Positions 1 through 10,254 of a DNA stretch of 64,000 bases are shown in pieces. The translations under genes were made by a program, and so were the position numbers. Under the pieces are notes generated by a model, which saw only the letters and a program-made list of their open reading frames with translations, was not told where the DNA came from and made no database searches. Source of the stretch: Nitrospirota bacterium (GTDB lineage Bacteria > Nitrospirota > UBA9217); NCBI GenBank assembly GCA_963663225.1, contig OY760142.1, forward strand, positions 1,504,001-1,568,000, written 5' to 3'. Each line of letters begins with the position of its first letter. The stretch's first letter is position 1.

Positions 1-599
1 GCCGTAATAATCACGCCCAGCGCCAGAGCAAGAGCAAAAAGAAGGGCAATCAGATACGGAGCAGGATGGGGAGAGGTGACAACCAAGATGCCGGCCAGAA
101 TGGTGAGGGCATTCAGGACGATATTAACGACATTATGGAACGGCAAACGGAGCGCTTTCTGCATAATGCCCTGCAATTTCGCGAATGCTATGCAGGAACC
201 GGAGAATGATACAGCGCCCATGATGGCGCCTACAACCGCAAGCGCAACCACGATGGTGTTGTGAGACTCACAGCAGGAGAGCTTGATTGCGGCTATTGCC
301 GCAGCCGCTCCACCGCCCATGCCGTTGTAGACGGCGACCATCTGGGGCATATTGGTTATTTTTACCGTCTTGCCGGACCACCAAGCCGCCCCGCCGCCGA
401 TGACGAGCGCTATAATCATCAGGAGGTAATTCTCCATGCCGGGCCAGGCAAACGTCACCAGAGTGGCGAGCATCATGCCGATGCCCGCCCACAGGATGCC
501 CCGCCGGGCGGTAACCGGAGAAGACATGCTTTTCAAACCGAGAATAAACAGCACGGCGACCGCAAAATAACTCGCATTGATAAAAGGGGGCGTTGTCAT
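1..599 (-). CDS. pntB: NAD(P) transhydrogenase subunit beta (5' part; runs off window)
   Basis: Manual translation MTTPPFINASYFAVAVLFILGLKSMSSPVTARRG...MPQMVAVYNGMGGGAAA; ATG overlaps stop of upstream pntA part 2. Confidence 0.92.
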   Translation of the reverse strand, partial: MTTPPFINASYFAVAVLFILGLKSMSSPVTARRGILWAGIGMMLATLVTFAWPGMENYLLMIIALVIGGGAAWWSGKTVKITNMPQMVAVYNGMGGGAAAAIAAIKLSCCESHNTIVVALAVVGAIMGAVSFSGSCIAFAKLQGIMQKALRLPFHNVVNIVLNALTILAGILVVTSPHPAPYLIALLFALALALGVIIT

Positions 600-883
600 G
601 TGCGGTCCTTTCTGCTTTTAAACATGGCAAGCATGCGTTCCGTCACCACATAGCCGCCGGCCGCGTTTGCCGCGCCGAGCAATACTGCAAAAAAACCGAT
701 CCCTTTTTCAAGCGGTGTCTGCGCTTCCCCCAAGGCGACCATGGCGCCCACAAGCACCACGCCATGGACGAAGTTTGCCCCGGACATGAGGGGTGTATGG
801 AGAATCACAGGCACTTTGGAAATAACTTCGTAGCCGGTAAATGCGGCCAGCATAAAAATATATAGTGCTAGAAATCCTTCCAT
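596..883 (-). CDS. pntAb: NAD(P) transhydrogenase subunit alpha part 2 (membrane)
   Basis: VPVILHTPLMSGANFVHG and N-xx-GGYVVTERML motifs; start set at MEGFL after GGAGGT. Confidence 0.92.
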   Translation of the reverse strand: MEGFLALYIFMLAAFTGYEVISKVPVILHTPLMSGANFVHGVVLVGAMVALGEAQTPLEKGIGFFAVLLGAANAAGGYVVTERMLAMFKSRKDRT

Positions 884-942
884 CAGCGACCTCCATCCGA
901 TCAGAAATAAGACACCTAGAAAAAAATCCGTGAGTAAACGGT

Positions 943-2067
943 TCAAAGAATGTCCAGTGCTTTTTTAGCGCTTTCGTTTCGCACCTGCCCTGCATGCGTG
1001 AACACGCTGCCCGCAAGTATTTCATCGTTCCAGTCGAGCTGGAGTTCACCGTTCTTGAGAAAGGGAGAGATGAAGTTAAACAAGTTTTTCGAATACATTT
1101 CCGAAGCATGGACCGGCATGCGGGACGGAAGATTGCCGGTGCCGATGATGTTTACTCCGCTGACAACAACGGTTTTCCTGGGCTGTGATCCGGCAACGTT
1201 TCCGCCTGCATCTGCGGCCATGTCCACGATGACGGACCCCTGTCTCATTCCGCGCACCATGTCTTCCGTGACAATGAGCGGGCTCCGCTTCCCCGGAACG
1301 GCTGCAGTGGTAATCAAGACGTCAGCCTGTGAAACCGCTTTTGCCAGCCTTTCCCGCTGTTTGTTCTTTTCATCGCTTGTCAATTCGCGTGCATAGCCGC
1401 CGGCACCGCTTGCGGCGACCCCGGTATCGACGAATTTCGCACCCAGCGATTCTACCTGTTCTCTGGTTTCAGGCCGGACATCGTACGCCTCGACAATTGC
1501 CCCCAGACGATGGACCGTTGCTATGGCTTGCAGCCCCGCCACACCTGCGCCTATTACCAGTACCCGGGCCGGACGCAGCGTTCCTGCGGCGTACGTCAGC
1601 ATGGGGAAAAACTTTGGAGAAAGCACGGCGGCAAGAAGAGCGCATTGGTACCCTGCAATGGCGGCCTGCGATGAGAGCGCGTCCATGCTTTGGGCGCGGG
1701 AAACGCGGGGAATCAATTCGACCGCAAAACTCGTGATGTTCTGACTGCACAGCAGAACTGCACGTTCCTTGTTTTGGTAGGGGGCAAGAAAACCGATAAG
1801 GACGGTGCCCTGATGCATCGCGCGTATTTCCTCAAGCGTGGGAGGTTGCACTTTGAGAATAACGCCTGACTTGGAAAATATTTCAGTATTGTCCGCGAGG
1901 CAGGCAGTGCCGAAGTCGTCATCAGAAATATAGCTGCCCGCTCCCGCTCCTCGCTCCAGGCAACATCGCGCGCCGAGCGCGCTGAATTTTTTCACTACTT
2001 CTGGCACTATCGCTACGCGTCGTTCTTCAGGGTCTGTTTCATGAGGCACACCAATTACAAGGGGCAT
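943..2067 (-). CDS. pntAa: NAD(P) transhydrogenase subunit alpha part 1
   Basis: ERRVA, RAQSMDALSSQ, GAGVAGLQAIAT, GAGGYAREL motifs. Confidence 0.95.
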   Translation of the reverse strand: MPLVIGVPHETDPEERRVAIVPEVVKKFSALGARCCLERGAGAGSYISDDDFGTACLADNTEIFSKSGVILKVQPPTLEEIRAMHQGTVLIGFLAPYQNKERAVLLCSQNITSFAVELIPRVSRAQSMDALSSQAAIAGYQCALLAAVLSPKFFPMLTYAAGTLRPARVLVIGAGVAGLQAIATVHRLGAIVEAYDVRPETREQVESLGAKFVDTGVAASGAGGYARELTSDEKNKQRERLAKAVSQADVLITTAAVPGKRSPLIVTEDMVRGMRQGSVIVDMAADAGGNVAGSQPRKTVVVSGVNIIGTGNLPSRMPVHASEMYSKNLFNFISPFLKNGELQLDWNDEILAGSVFTHAGQVRNESAKKALDIL

Positions 2068-2723
2068 ACTCTTGTTCCTCCGCTCCGTTGCTTACGTATT
2101 TCAATGCTGAAAACAGACAAGGGTGCGACCATACGCATTTATTATAGCATTATTTTTTTGCAATGGCCGTGCCGCTGATCCAAACTATGGACGGGCCATT
2201 GTTCCCCTCTAATGGTCGAACCAGTATTCCTTTTCCTGGATGAACCAGTGTTCCGGACGAATGCTCGCGAAAAAAACAAGAAAGTGCTTGCATTCAAATC
2301 TGATTGGTTTTAAGATAATTACAGTAATTGAAAAAGTTGCAAACTGAAACTAATTTTTCCCTGCCTTGTTTTGCCGGTTTTTGACTAATGAATTGCTGCT
2401 GCCCGTGGCAATGGCCGACTTGTATACTGTTAGGAATGCAAGATGCTGCTGTCATTTACCGCTGATCGAGAACGATAGAACGTTTTTAACTCTAGAATAG
2501 CGGGAATTCGCCAGATCTGAAGGCCTGTGTTTACGTCTGCATACCTGCCATGGGAAGATAATCTCACCATTGCTTTTTCACCACAGCTCAACGATGCCGG
2601 ACCATGCGGGAAAGACAGCATTTTTCGCACTGCTAACTAAAGAAGACTGTTTCTCCGGGATGTCATAAACATAAATTTTCCGAAAATTCAGGATATCGTC
2701 ATTTTGTAAGAAAGGGGAAAAAA

Positions 2724-3278
2724 ATGTTTGAGATGTTCAAGGTCAAGGCAGAAGCAGTGGGCGCCGAAGTCCACCGCTTTCGCACGAAGGCAGAAGCACT
2801 CGGATTTATTGAGGACTTTATGAAGAAGGCTGGTACGAAAGATGCACCCGGTTCATATGCAATCTGGCCGGAGAGCTCGATTTTGAAGGAATTCGATGCC
2901 CAAGGACTTGCGGACAGAGTACCCGGCTTAAAATTTCAGATAACCCGTCAGCTGGCAAAAGATTCTTTGATCGGTATTACCCAAATGGAGTGGGGAATTG
3001 CCAACAGCGGCACCGTCGTGAAAGACACTACCGCCGTTGAGCAGCGTCTGGCTGCCGCACTCTCAAATATTCATATCGCCCTGCTTGCAACAAACAGCAT
3101 TGTTGCAGATTTAGCGACGCTGTTGTCAAAAGTAGATCCCGGCAAGAGCGGCTATATCGCGCTGACCACCGGACCAAGCCGGACCGCCGACATCGAACGT
3201 GTGCTTGCCATAGGCGTTCACGGACCTGAGCGGCTTGTGATTGTCTGTATCGATGATTTAGGAGGTATGAAGTCATGA
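2724..3278 (+). CDS. lutC: LUD-domain lactate utilization protein C
   Basis: C-terminal TGPSRTADIERVLAIGVHGP signature. Confidence 0.9.
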   Translation: MFEMFKVKAEAVGAEVHRFRTKAEALGFIEDFMKKAGTKDAPGSYAIWPESSILKEFDAQGLADRVPGLKFQITRQLAKDSLIGITQMEWGIANSGTVVKDTTAVEQRLAAALSNIHIALLATNSIVADLATLLSKVDPGKSGYIALTTGPSRTADIERVLAIGVHGPERLVIVCIDDLGGMKS

Positions 3279-5404
3279 AAAAAGCATTTACGGAATCCAT
3301 AGACCGGGCCCTGAAAAATCAGAACCTGGGAGGCATCCTCGACCGGTGGAATTATCCCGCTGCGCGCGCAAAGGCGCTGGAGGGCCTCGATTTTGAGGCG
3401 CTCAGAACACAGATCGCTGAAATTAAAAACAATGCCGCCAGCCGCCTTGATGAACTGGCAGAAAAATTCAAAAAATCCGCAGAGGCCCGCGGCGCAAAGG
3501 TTTTCATTGCCAACAGCCACCAGGCCGTCAAGGACTATATCCTGAATCTCTGCAAGGAAAAAGGCGTTAAGAAAGTCGCCAAATCAAAGTCGATGGCCTC
3601 CGAAGAGCTCCATCTGAACAAGTTCCTTGAAAAACACGGCATTCATGCGGATGAGACGGACCTCGGTGAATGGATTGTTCAGCTTGCCCATCAGACACCG
3701 TCTCATTTTGTCATGCCGGCCCTGCATCTCACCAAGGAAGAGATTTCCGGTCTCTTCAGCAAAGAAGTCAATAGAACGCTGTCCAGCGACCCCCAGCAGC
3801 TGGTAAAGGTTGCCAGAAAGGAATTGCGCGAGAAATTCTTCAAGGCGGACCTGGGCGTCAGCGGCGCCAACATCGCCATCGCGGAAACCGGAACAATCGT
3901 TACGGTCACGAATGAAGGCAACGCCCGCCTCGTTACGACGCTTCCCAAAACACACGTGGCCATCGTGGGCCTTGAAAAGCTGGTGGAGAAATATTCCGAC
4001 GCGGCTCCGATTCTGACTGCCCTGCCCCGATGCGCAACCAGCCAGCTTATGACCAGCTATGTTACTCTTATCACCGGACCGACCCCGAACGATGATGGAT
4101 CGATGAAGGACCTCCATATCATTCTCATGAATAATAAACGGACCATCATGGCAAACGATCCAAAATTCAAGGAAGCGCTCCAGTGTATTCGCTGTGCATC
4201 CTGCCTGAACGTCTGTCCTGTCTACCGGCTGGTGGGCGGGCATGTCTTCGGGGGGCATGTCTATAGCGGCGGGATCGGCACCATTTTGACCGCGTGGTTC
4301 AATGAACTGAAACAGACGGAAGACATTCAGGGCCTGTGCATCGGCTGCGGAAAGTGCAAGGAGGTCTGTCCCGGGAAAATAGACATTCCGGAACTGATTC
4401 TTGAGGTCCGTCGGCGATTGACAACGAAGCAGGGGCTGCCGTTCATCTACAAAAGCGCCTTGTCGATCATTAATAACCGCAGATTTTTCCATACCATGCT
4501 GCGGGCCGCTTCCATTGCCCAGAAGCCGTTTGCCAAGGAAGGCTTCATCCGCCACCTTCCCATGTTTCTGTCCGGTCTTTCCGAGTACCGGAGCCTTCCG
4601 ACCATTGCGCCTGTACCGTTCCGTGATCTGTTCAAAAAGATCAAACAGCCGCCGAGCAAAACAAAAATTGCGTTTTTCTCCGGGTGCGCCATTGACTTTG
4701 TGTTCCCCAGAATCGGTGAAGCCCTGGTCAAGGTGCTGAATAAGGCGGGGATTGAAGTTGTTTTCCCGGATTCGCAGTCATGCTGCGGCATCCCGCACTG
4801 GGGCAGCGGCGCTTTTGACATGGCGGCCCTGGCAGCGGCCCACAATATCAAGCCGCTTCTTGCGGAAGACGTGCAGTATGTGGTTACCGCTTGCGCGACC
4901 TGCGCGACGGCCCTCAAAAAAGAATGGCCGCATGTGCTGAAAGATGAGAAGATGGAGGCACTGGTCCCCGATGCTGAGAAACTGGCTGCAAAGACAGTGA
5001 TGTTCTCGGAATTAGTGAATAAGCTGATAGAAGAGAAGAAACTGACCCCAAAGGATGGGCAGCAACTGCAAAGAATCACCTATCATGACTCCTGTCATGC
5101 TAGACGGCACGTGGGGATTTATAAAGAACCTCGTGCGGCACTTACTGCGGCTGGATATGAGCTGAAGGAAATGGTGGAACACGATACCTGCTGCGGCATG
5201 GGCGGATCGTACACGGTGAAACAGCCGAAGCTTTCCATGAAAATGCTCCAGCGGAAACTGAAAAATATTGAGGATACGGGTGCGGAATATGTATGTGCCG
5301 AGTGCCCCGGTTGTCTCATTCAGCTGGCTGGAGGGCTGGATAAATCAGGATCAAAAATAAAGGCAAAGCATCCGGCAGAGCTGCTGCTGGAAAAACTGAA
5401 ATAA
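3275..5404 (+). CDS. L-lactate dehydrogenase large Fe-S subunit (LutB LUD + ferredoxin fused to CCG domains; LdhH/LldH-like)
   Basis: KSKSMASEE, ETDLGEWI, CIRCASCLNVCP, CIGCGKCKEVCP, CCG motifs, YHDSCH; overlaps lutC stop. Confidence 0.88.
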   Translation: MKKAFTESIDRALKNQNLGGILDRWNYPAARAKALEGLDFEALRTQIAEIKNNAASRLDELAEKFKKSAEARGAKVFIANSHQAVKDYILNLCKEKGVKKVAKSKSMASEELHLNKFLEKHGIHADETDLGEWIVQLAHQTPSHFVMPALHLTKEEISGLFSKEVNRTLSSDPQQLVKVARKELREKFFKADLGVSGANIAIAETGTIVTVTNEGNARLVTTLPKTHVAIVGLEKLVEKYSDAAPILTALPRCATSQLMTSYVTLITGPTPNDDGSMKDLHIILMNNKRTIMANDPKFKEALQCIRCASCLNVCPVYRLVGGHVFGGHVYSGGIGTILTAWFNELKQTEDIQGLCIGCGKCKEVCPGKIDIPELILEVRRRLTTKQGLPFIYKSALSIINNRRFFHTMLRAASIAQKPFAKEGFIRHLPMFLSGLSEYRSLPTIAPVPFRDLFKKIKQPPSKTKIAFFSGCAIDFVFPRIGEALVKVLNKAGIEVVFPDSQSCCGIPHWGSGAFDMAALAAAHNIKPLLAEDVQYVVTACATCATALKKEWPHVLKDEKMEALVPDAEKLAAKTVMFSELVNKLIEEKKLTPKDGQQLQRITYHDSCHARRHVGIYKEPRAALTAAGYELKEMVEHDTCCGMGGSYTVKQPKLSMKMLQRKLKNIEDTGAEYVCAECPGCLIQLAGGLDKSGSKIKAKHPAELLLEKLK

Positions 5405-5681
5405 CCATTGCCTGGGCGCGGAAACACGAGCACGTTTCTCGCTGGTTCAAACTTGCAAATGAACTGTTTCCGCGTCCAGCTACCCTTTTTCTTTACAATT
5501 TTCTCCCCTCGATTATTCCCCGAAAAATTGGGTGACCATGCTTCTGCGCGGCCAGCAGGAAATGCATCTTTTTGTGACATGTTTTACCCCGGTTTGCCAA
5601 AATTTCTGGTTAGCCTTGTTTTTTTGTTTCCTGATGTATCCAGGTTGGTGTATAATTATGAAAAACGACGCAGGGGTGAGC

Positions 5682-6443
5682 ATGGCAACAAATACATCGC
5701 GGAAGAAACAAGACACGGTGACGAGATCGGACCAATTTTTATTGATTGTAGAAAGCGAGCCAGATAATCTCAATTACGTGTCCGCGCTTCTCACGCGGTT
5801 TAAGTACCAGACCCGTACTGCAGCAAGTGCTGCCGAAGCCTCGGCAATTATCGCAGAAACAGTACCGCCACTCGTAATTACATCGGCGTTTCTCCAGGAT
5901 ATGGACGGAGTGGAATTTATCAAACAACTGAAGAACGACCCGCGTACTGCCCACGTTCCCTGTATTGCATTAACCAGAGAAGGAGACCTGTACCAGGAAG
6001 CGCGCTGCTTTGAAGCAGGGGCAGCAGAATGCTTCTCCCACCCGATTTCCGCCGAACTGCTGTACAGGACCGTACAAGCCATAATCGAACCGACGCCACG
6101 CAAAAACATGCGGGTTCAGACTATGCATCCGGTGAAAGTGACCAATACGCCACGTGACGAGCGGGAAGGTATCTATACTCTGGATCTGTCGGAGCAGGGG
6201 ATGTTTGTCCGCACAGCTGAGCCCGCCCCTCTTCATACGCGGCTTTCCCTCCAGCTGGATCTTGAAGGTCAGACGATTCCGTTGGAGGCTGCTGTTTTGT
6301 ACCAGTGCAGAGGAGACGCAAACCCGTATCACGAACCAGGGATGGGATTGGGTTTTGTCCAGATAACACAAGAAGATCAGGAATATCTCCGAAAGTTCAT
6401 ACTGGAAGAAGTCATGCGGGGCATTCCTCACGGGCATGCATGA
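5682..6443 (+). CDS. Atypical receiver + PilZ domain protein (paralog 1)
   Basis: REC-like N-terminus; PilZ RKNMR and DLSEQG; start chosen downstream of TATAAT at 5651. Confidence 0.8.
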   Translation: MATNTSRKKQDTVTRSDQFLLIVESEPDNLNYVSALLTRFKYQTRTAASAAEASAIIAETVPPLVITSAFLQDMDGVEFIKQLKNDPRTAHVPCIALTREGDLYQEARCFEAGAAECFSHPISAELLYRTVQAIIEPTPRKNMRVQTMHPVKVTNTPRDEREGIYTLDLSEQGMFVRTAEPAPLHTRLSLQLDLEGQTIPLEAAVLYQCRGDANPYHEPGMGLGFVQITQEDQEYLRKFILEEVMRGIPHGHA

Positions 6444-6523
6444 GAATACTACATAATCAGCCGGATACGATTGCATAAACTCCGGATTGCTGCAATGAAA
6501 CATGCTTCACAAGGGAGTCCATC

Positions 6524-7288
6524 TTGACTGACAACAAATCACAGAAGAAAACTCCGGGCAATCTTGATCGAAAAAGCCGTTTCCTGCTGGTGATAGACAG
6601 CAATGCCGAGAACGTTTCCCACTTATCCGCACTGCTTCGTCGTTTTAATTATCCGACATTCTGTGCTCCCACTGCAAAAGAGGCCCTTGAAATCGCGGCA
6701 ACCGCAGTTCCTCTCCTTATTCTTATTTCCCTCGACTGTTTAGAAATGGACGGCTATGATCTCATGCGGCGGTTTAGGGAATCCCCACAGACTGCCGCTG
6801 TTCCCTTAATTGCATTGAGCAAGCAGCAGGATAGGACTGTAAGAACACGGTGCCTGGATCTGGGAGCAGTCGGCTGCCTCTTTTATCCGATTTCCGCCGA
6901 AGCATTGTACCGGGTTGTCCAGGTTGCTATAGAAAAAAACCCGCGTTCCTGCATGCGTATTCAGACGAACCAGCCGGTAAAAGTAAATGATATAAAGCAT
7001 GACAGCCTGTATGGCGCATATACGCTGGATCTGTCAGAGCGCGGCATGTTCCTTCGAACGGCTAATCCCGCGTCTGCAAAAACGAAGCTTCCGCTTCAAC
7101 TTGACTTGAACGGCAGAATTATTAATACCGAGGGAGAAGTGCTCTACAGCTGCAAAGCGGGTGATGAGCCGTATAAAGAACCGGGGATCGGCCTTAAGTT
7201 CACCCAGCTTGAATCAAAAGACCGGGAATATCTCCGGAATTTTATCAGCGAAGAAGTTGCGCGAGATAAGGCAGAGGACGAAAAATAG
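6524..7288 (+). CDS. Atypical receiver + PilZ domain protein (paralog 2)
   Basis: RSCMR, DLSERG, PGIGLKF. Confidence 0.8.
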   Translation: MTDNKSQKKTPGNLDRKSRFLLVIDSNAENVSHLSALLRRFNYPTFCAPTAKEALEIAATAVPLLILISLDCLEMDGYDLMRRFRESPQTAAVPLIALSKQQDRTVRTRCLDLGAVGCLFYPISAEALYRVVQVAIEKNPRSCMRIQTNQPVKVNDIKHDSLYGAYTLDLSERGMFLRTANPASAKTKLPLQLDLNGRIINTEGEVLYSCKAGDEPYKEPGIGLKFTQLESKDREYLRNFISEEVARDKAEDEK

Positions 7289-7385
7289 CGAAATGGTTGC
7301 CTGTACTGTTGCTGGTACGCATGATTTTTGAAAATCCTGCTCGGCGAATCAGTTGTAAAAATCTGTTCATACGAGGGCTATAAGC

Positions 7386-8147
7386 ATGGCGAACTATGAT
7401 TCTGCCAAGCCTTTATACCGGCACACGCTTGGAAAACCTACCATCCTTGTTGTGGATGGCGACCTCAACAGCAGCTTTTACATGACCACCCTGCTGAAAC
7501 GGTTCAACTATGAGCCCTGCACGGCAAGAACCGTCGACGAAGCCCTCGACATGACGGTGAGCATGAAAATCTCTCTTCTCATCGTATCGTTGTCTTTAAG
7601 GAATATGGATGGCCCTGAGATCGTGCAGCGCTTTAAGACGAGTTCGGCAACTGAGACCATTCCTCTTCTTGGACTCTCGAGAAAAAACGATCCGGCCATG
7701 ATGCACTGTTGCATGCAAGCCGGGGCGGCTGATTGCCTTGTGCAGCCGGTTCCCGCTGAGCAACTGTACCGAACCGTCCAGAAGGCAACCGAAGCAAAAC
7801 CACGGAAGGACATCCGCATTCGGACGCTCCAACCGGTAAAAATAGGCCAATCGTTGCCCGAAACGTTTGAGGCCGCATGCATCCTTGATTTGTCGGAACG
7901 CGGGGTGTTTTTACATGCCATGAAACAACCCCCCGTAAACGCAACACTCTCTCTGCACATTGATCTGAATCACGTTATTATTCCGGTAGAGGCAGTGGTT
8001 GTATACAGTTATCAGGCTCCGGGCGGCCCCTCTCCGAGAGTGGGAATGGGGCTTGAGTTTGTAAAAATCGCCCCGGAAGACCAGGGATATATCCGGCAGT
8101 TTATCCGAGACGAAGTGACGCGGGGGATCGCACCTGTCAGTGCCTGA
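7386..8147 (+). CDS. Atypical receiver + PilZ domain protein (paralog 3)
   Basis: RKDIR, DLSERG, GMGLEF. Confidence 0.8.
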   Translation: MANYDSAKPLYRHTLGKPTILVVDGDLNSSFYMTTLLKRFNYEPCTARTVDEALDMTVSMKISLLIVSLSLRNMDGPEIVQRFKTSSATETIPLLGLSRKNDPAMMHCCMQAGAADCLVQPVPAEQLYRTVQKATEAKPRKDIRIRTLQPVKIGQSLPETFEAACILDLSERGVFLHAMKQPPVNATLSLHIDLNHVIIPVEAVVVYSYQAPGGPSPRVGMGLEFVKIAPEDQGYIRQFIRDEVTRGIAPVSA

Positions 8148-8215
8148 TAGACGGCTGCCTGAAACGCTGATGTTCTGTTAAAGCAATCCTCTTGCAGAAA
8201 TGAGGAAATACCCGG

Positions 8216-8800
8216 TTGCCGAATTCTTCCACAACATACTACGATGATGATGAATTACGCGAAGCGCTGACTCTGGTCAATTCGTACAGGACGCTTCACG
8301 AAATTTACGGGTTATTTTACGGCTGCATGGCTGCGGCAAAACGCGTGGATTCCTCGCAGTACCTGCCTCTGGTGTACGATGTGGACACCGAAGACAACAT
8401 ATCGGCGGAAAACAGCGAGAAGGTTCACAACAATCTCATATCTCTCTGGAATTTTGTCGCGCGCTGGAAGCCGCAGGATGAGCCATTTTCTTTTCCCGAT
8501 CAGGTCTATTCCGACACTGCCCAGGGGCTGCTTGAGCATGCGGCCGATGATATGGCGCTGATAGAATATTTTAAAAAAGGGCTTGAAATGGCAGGCATGC
8601 CTCAGTCGCCCGCGATTGCAACTGCGATGCGCGATCTTGATGCTGTTACAGGCCAACTACAGCATTATGCCGAAATGTATGAAGCCGTGGATCCGGAAGC
8701 GGAGGTAAAAAACCTAAAAGCATCTGAACAGAAATTTGAAGAACTGGAAGAGGCCATAGCCCGCAGCATAGCCAGAATAACCATGGTGAAAAAAAAATAG
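8216..8800 (+). CDS. UPF0149/YecA-like protein
   Basis: Acidic helical protein with TLHEIYGLFYGCMAA...QYLPLVY pattern. Confidence 0.55.
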   Translation: MPNSSTTYYDDDELREALTLVNSYRTLHEIYGLFYGCMAAAKRVDSSQYLPLVYDVDTEDNISAENSEKVHNNLISLWNFVARWKPQDEPFSFPDQVYSDTAQGLLEHAADDMALIEYFKKGLEMAGMPQSPAIATAMRDLDAVTGQLQHYAEMYEAVDPEAEVKNLKASEQKFEELEEAIARSIARITMVKKK

Positions 8801-8890
8801 TTTACCCGCCGCAGTCCATCCAGCATTTTCCCCCAAGACTGCATACTATTTCGTTTGGTATCGATAACGAGGTGCCGCGTTCTCTATCGG

Positions 8891-9670
8891 TTAATCACCG
8901 GGATTTTCACGCTGCGGCAGTATCGCATACAGAAGATATTCAACATTGCCGTCCTGGCCGGTGATCGGCGACTGAATAACACCTTGTATCTGGAGACCGC
9001 AATTACCTGCGAAATTTTTGATTCTGTCCACCACCTCGGTTCTCGCAGCCGCATCGCGCACGATACCGCCCTTTCCAACCCTGCCTTTTCCCACTTCAAA
9101 CTGGGGTTTTATGAGAGCAATGAGCTTTGATCCCGGTTTTAAAAAGTTTAAAACAGGCGGAAGCGTCTTTTCAAGAGAGGTGAACGAAACATCAATAACT
9201 GCCATATCAACGGGTTCGGGTATACGCGTTGGATCCATGAAACAGATGTTTGTCCGTTCTATTACGATTACTCGCGGATCCTGCCGCAGTTTCCATGCCA
9301 GCTGGCCATAGCCCACATCAACAGCATAGACTTTTCGCGCCCCGTGCTGGAGCAGGCAATCAGTAAAGCCGCCGGTTGAAGCTCCCACATCAAGGGCTGT
9401 TTTACCCTCGACAACTACGCTAAATTCACTCAAGGCCGCCTCGAGCTTTAACCCTCCGCGGCTTACGTAGGGCAGCCCTTTTCCCAGAAGACGGAGATCA
9501 GCGGTTTTCGATACCAGCGTACCGGCTTTGTCCAGTTTCCGGCCGTCTACAAGAACCAAACCTGCAAAAATGATAGCCTGCGCTTTTTCCCGGCTTTCCG
9601 CAATGCCGCGTTCCACAAGCATGCGGTCAAGGCGGAGTTTATCGGTTTTTTTATCCCCTGGTTTGGTCAT
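8891..9670 (-). CDS. tlyA: TlyA family rRNA 2'-O-methyltransferase
   Basis: S4 RLDRMLV, YVSRGGLKL, DVGASTGGFTD, LIKPQFE. Confidence 0.93.
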   Translation of the reverse strand: MTKPGDKKTDKLRLDRMLVERGIAESREKAQAIIFAGLVLVDGRKLDKAGTLVSKTADLRLLGKGLPYVSRGGLKLEAALSEFSVVVEGKTALDVGASTGGFTDCLLQHGARKVYAVDVGYGQLAWKLRQDPRVIVIERTNICFMDPTRIPEPVDMAVIDVSFTSLEKTLPPVLNFLKPGSKLIALIKPQFEVGKGRVGKGGIVRDAAARTEVVDRIKNFAGNCGLQIQGVIQSPITGQDGNVEYLLYAILPQRENPGD

Positions 9671-9839
9671 GAGAAAGTAAACCACGCGACATACTGCCGT
9701 ATGGGTGAGCCTATCAGAAGCATGATGGTGTGTCAACGGACATTATAATAAGCTTTTTGTTGACGTATTTGTTGGTGCGGTCTAAACTATTCACATATGC
9801 AGACGTCTAATCTGACAGCGAGAGCGGGAGGTCCGGAAT

Positions 9840-10178
9840 ATGAAGAAAAATCATGTCTTGTGCTTCTTTGTCTTGGTAGTAACAATTCTCTTGTGCAGCA
9901 CGGTTTTTGCTGATTCTTTCAGCTGCCCTGGCGGGATTATTTCCGATGGCGACAAAAGCCCTGACGTTTTCGCAAAATGCGGGCCGCCGGATTTCCGGGA
10001 TTCCCATCAGGAAGAAGTAAGTCAACGGGTCGATTCGGACACGAAAAAAACAATTTATATTGCAGTGGAAGAATGGACGTATAACCTCGGGCCGAATCAG
10101 CTCATGCGGATTGTTGTTCTGAAAAACGGGACGGTTGCAGAAATCCGGACCGGTAAATACGGATATGCAAAACCGTAA
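9840..10178 (+). CDS. Secreted DUF2845-like protein
   Basis: Signal peptide, then C...GD...KCGPP...VEEWTYNLGP. Confidence 0.75.
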   Translation: MKKNHVLCFFVLVVTILLCSTVFADSFSCPGGIISDGDKSPDVFAKCGPPDFRDSHQEEVSQRVDSDTKKTIYIAVEEWTYNLGPNQLMRIVVLKNGTVAEIRTGKYGYAKP

Positions 10179-10185
10179 CAATGAA

Positions 10186-10210
10186 GCCGCCCGGTATGAT
10201 GCCGGACGGC
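10186..10210. terminator. Hairpin between convergent genes
   Basis: GCCGCCCGGTA-TGA-TGCCGGACGGC imperfect stem right after the DUF2845 stop. Confidence 0.4.
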
Positions 10211-10254
10211 CATGAACAGTTTATAAATTATAACGGGCCGCGCGCAAACGCCGA

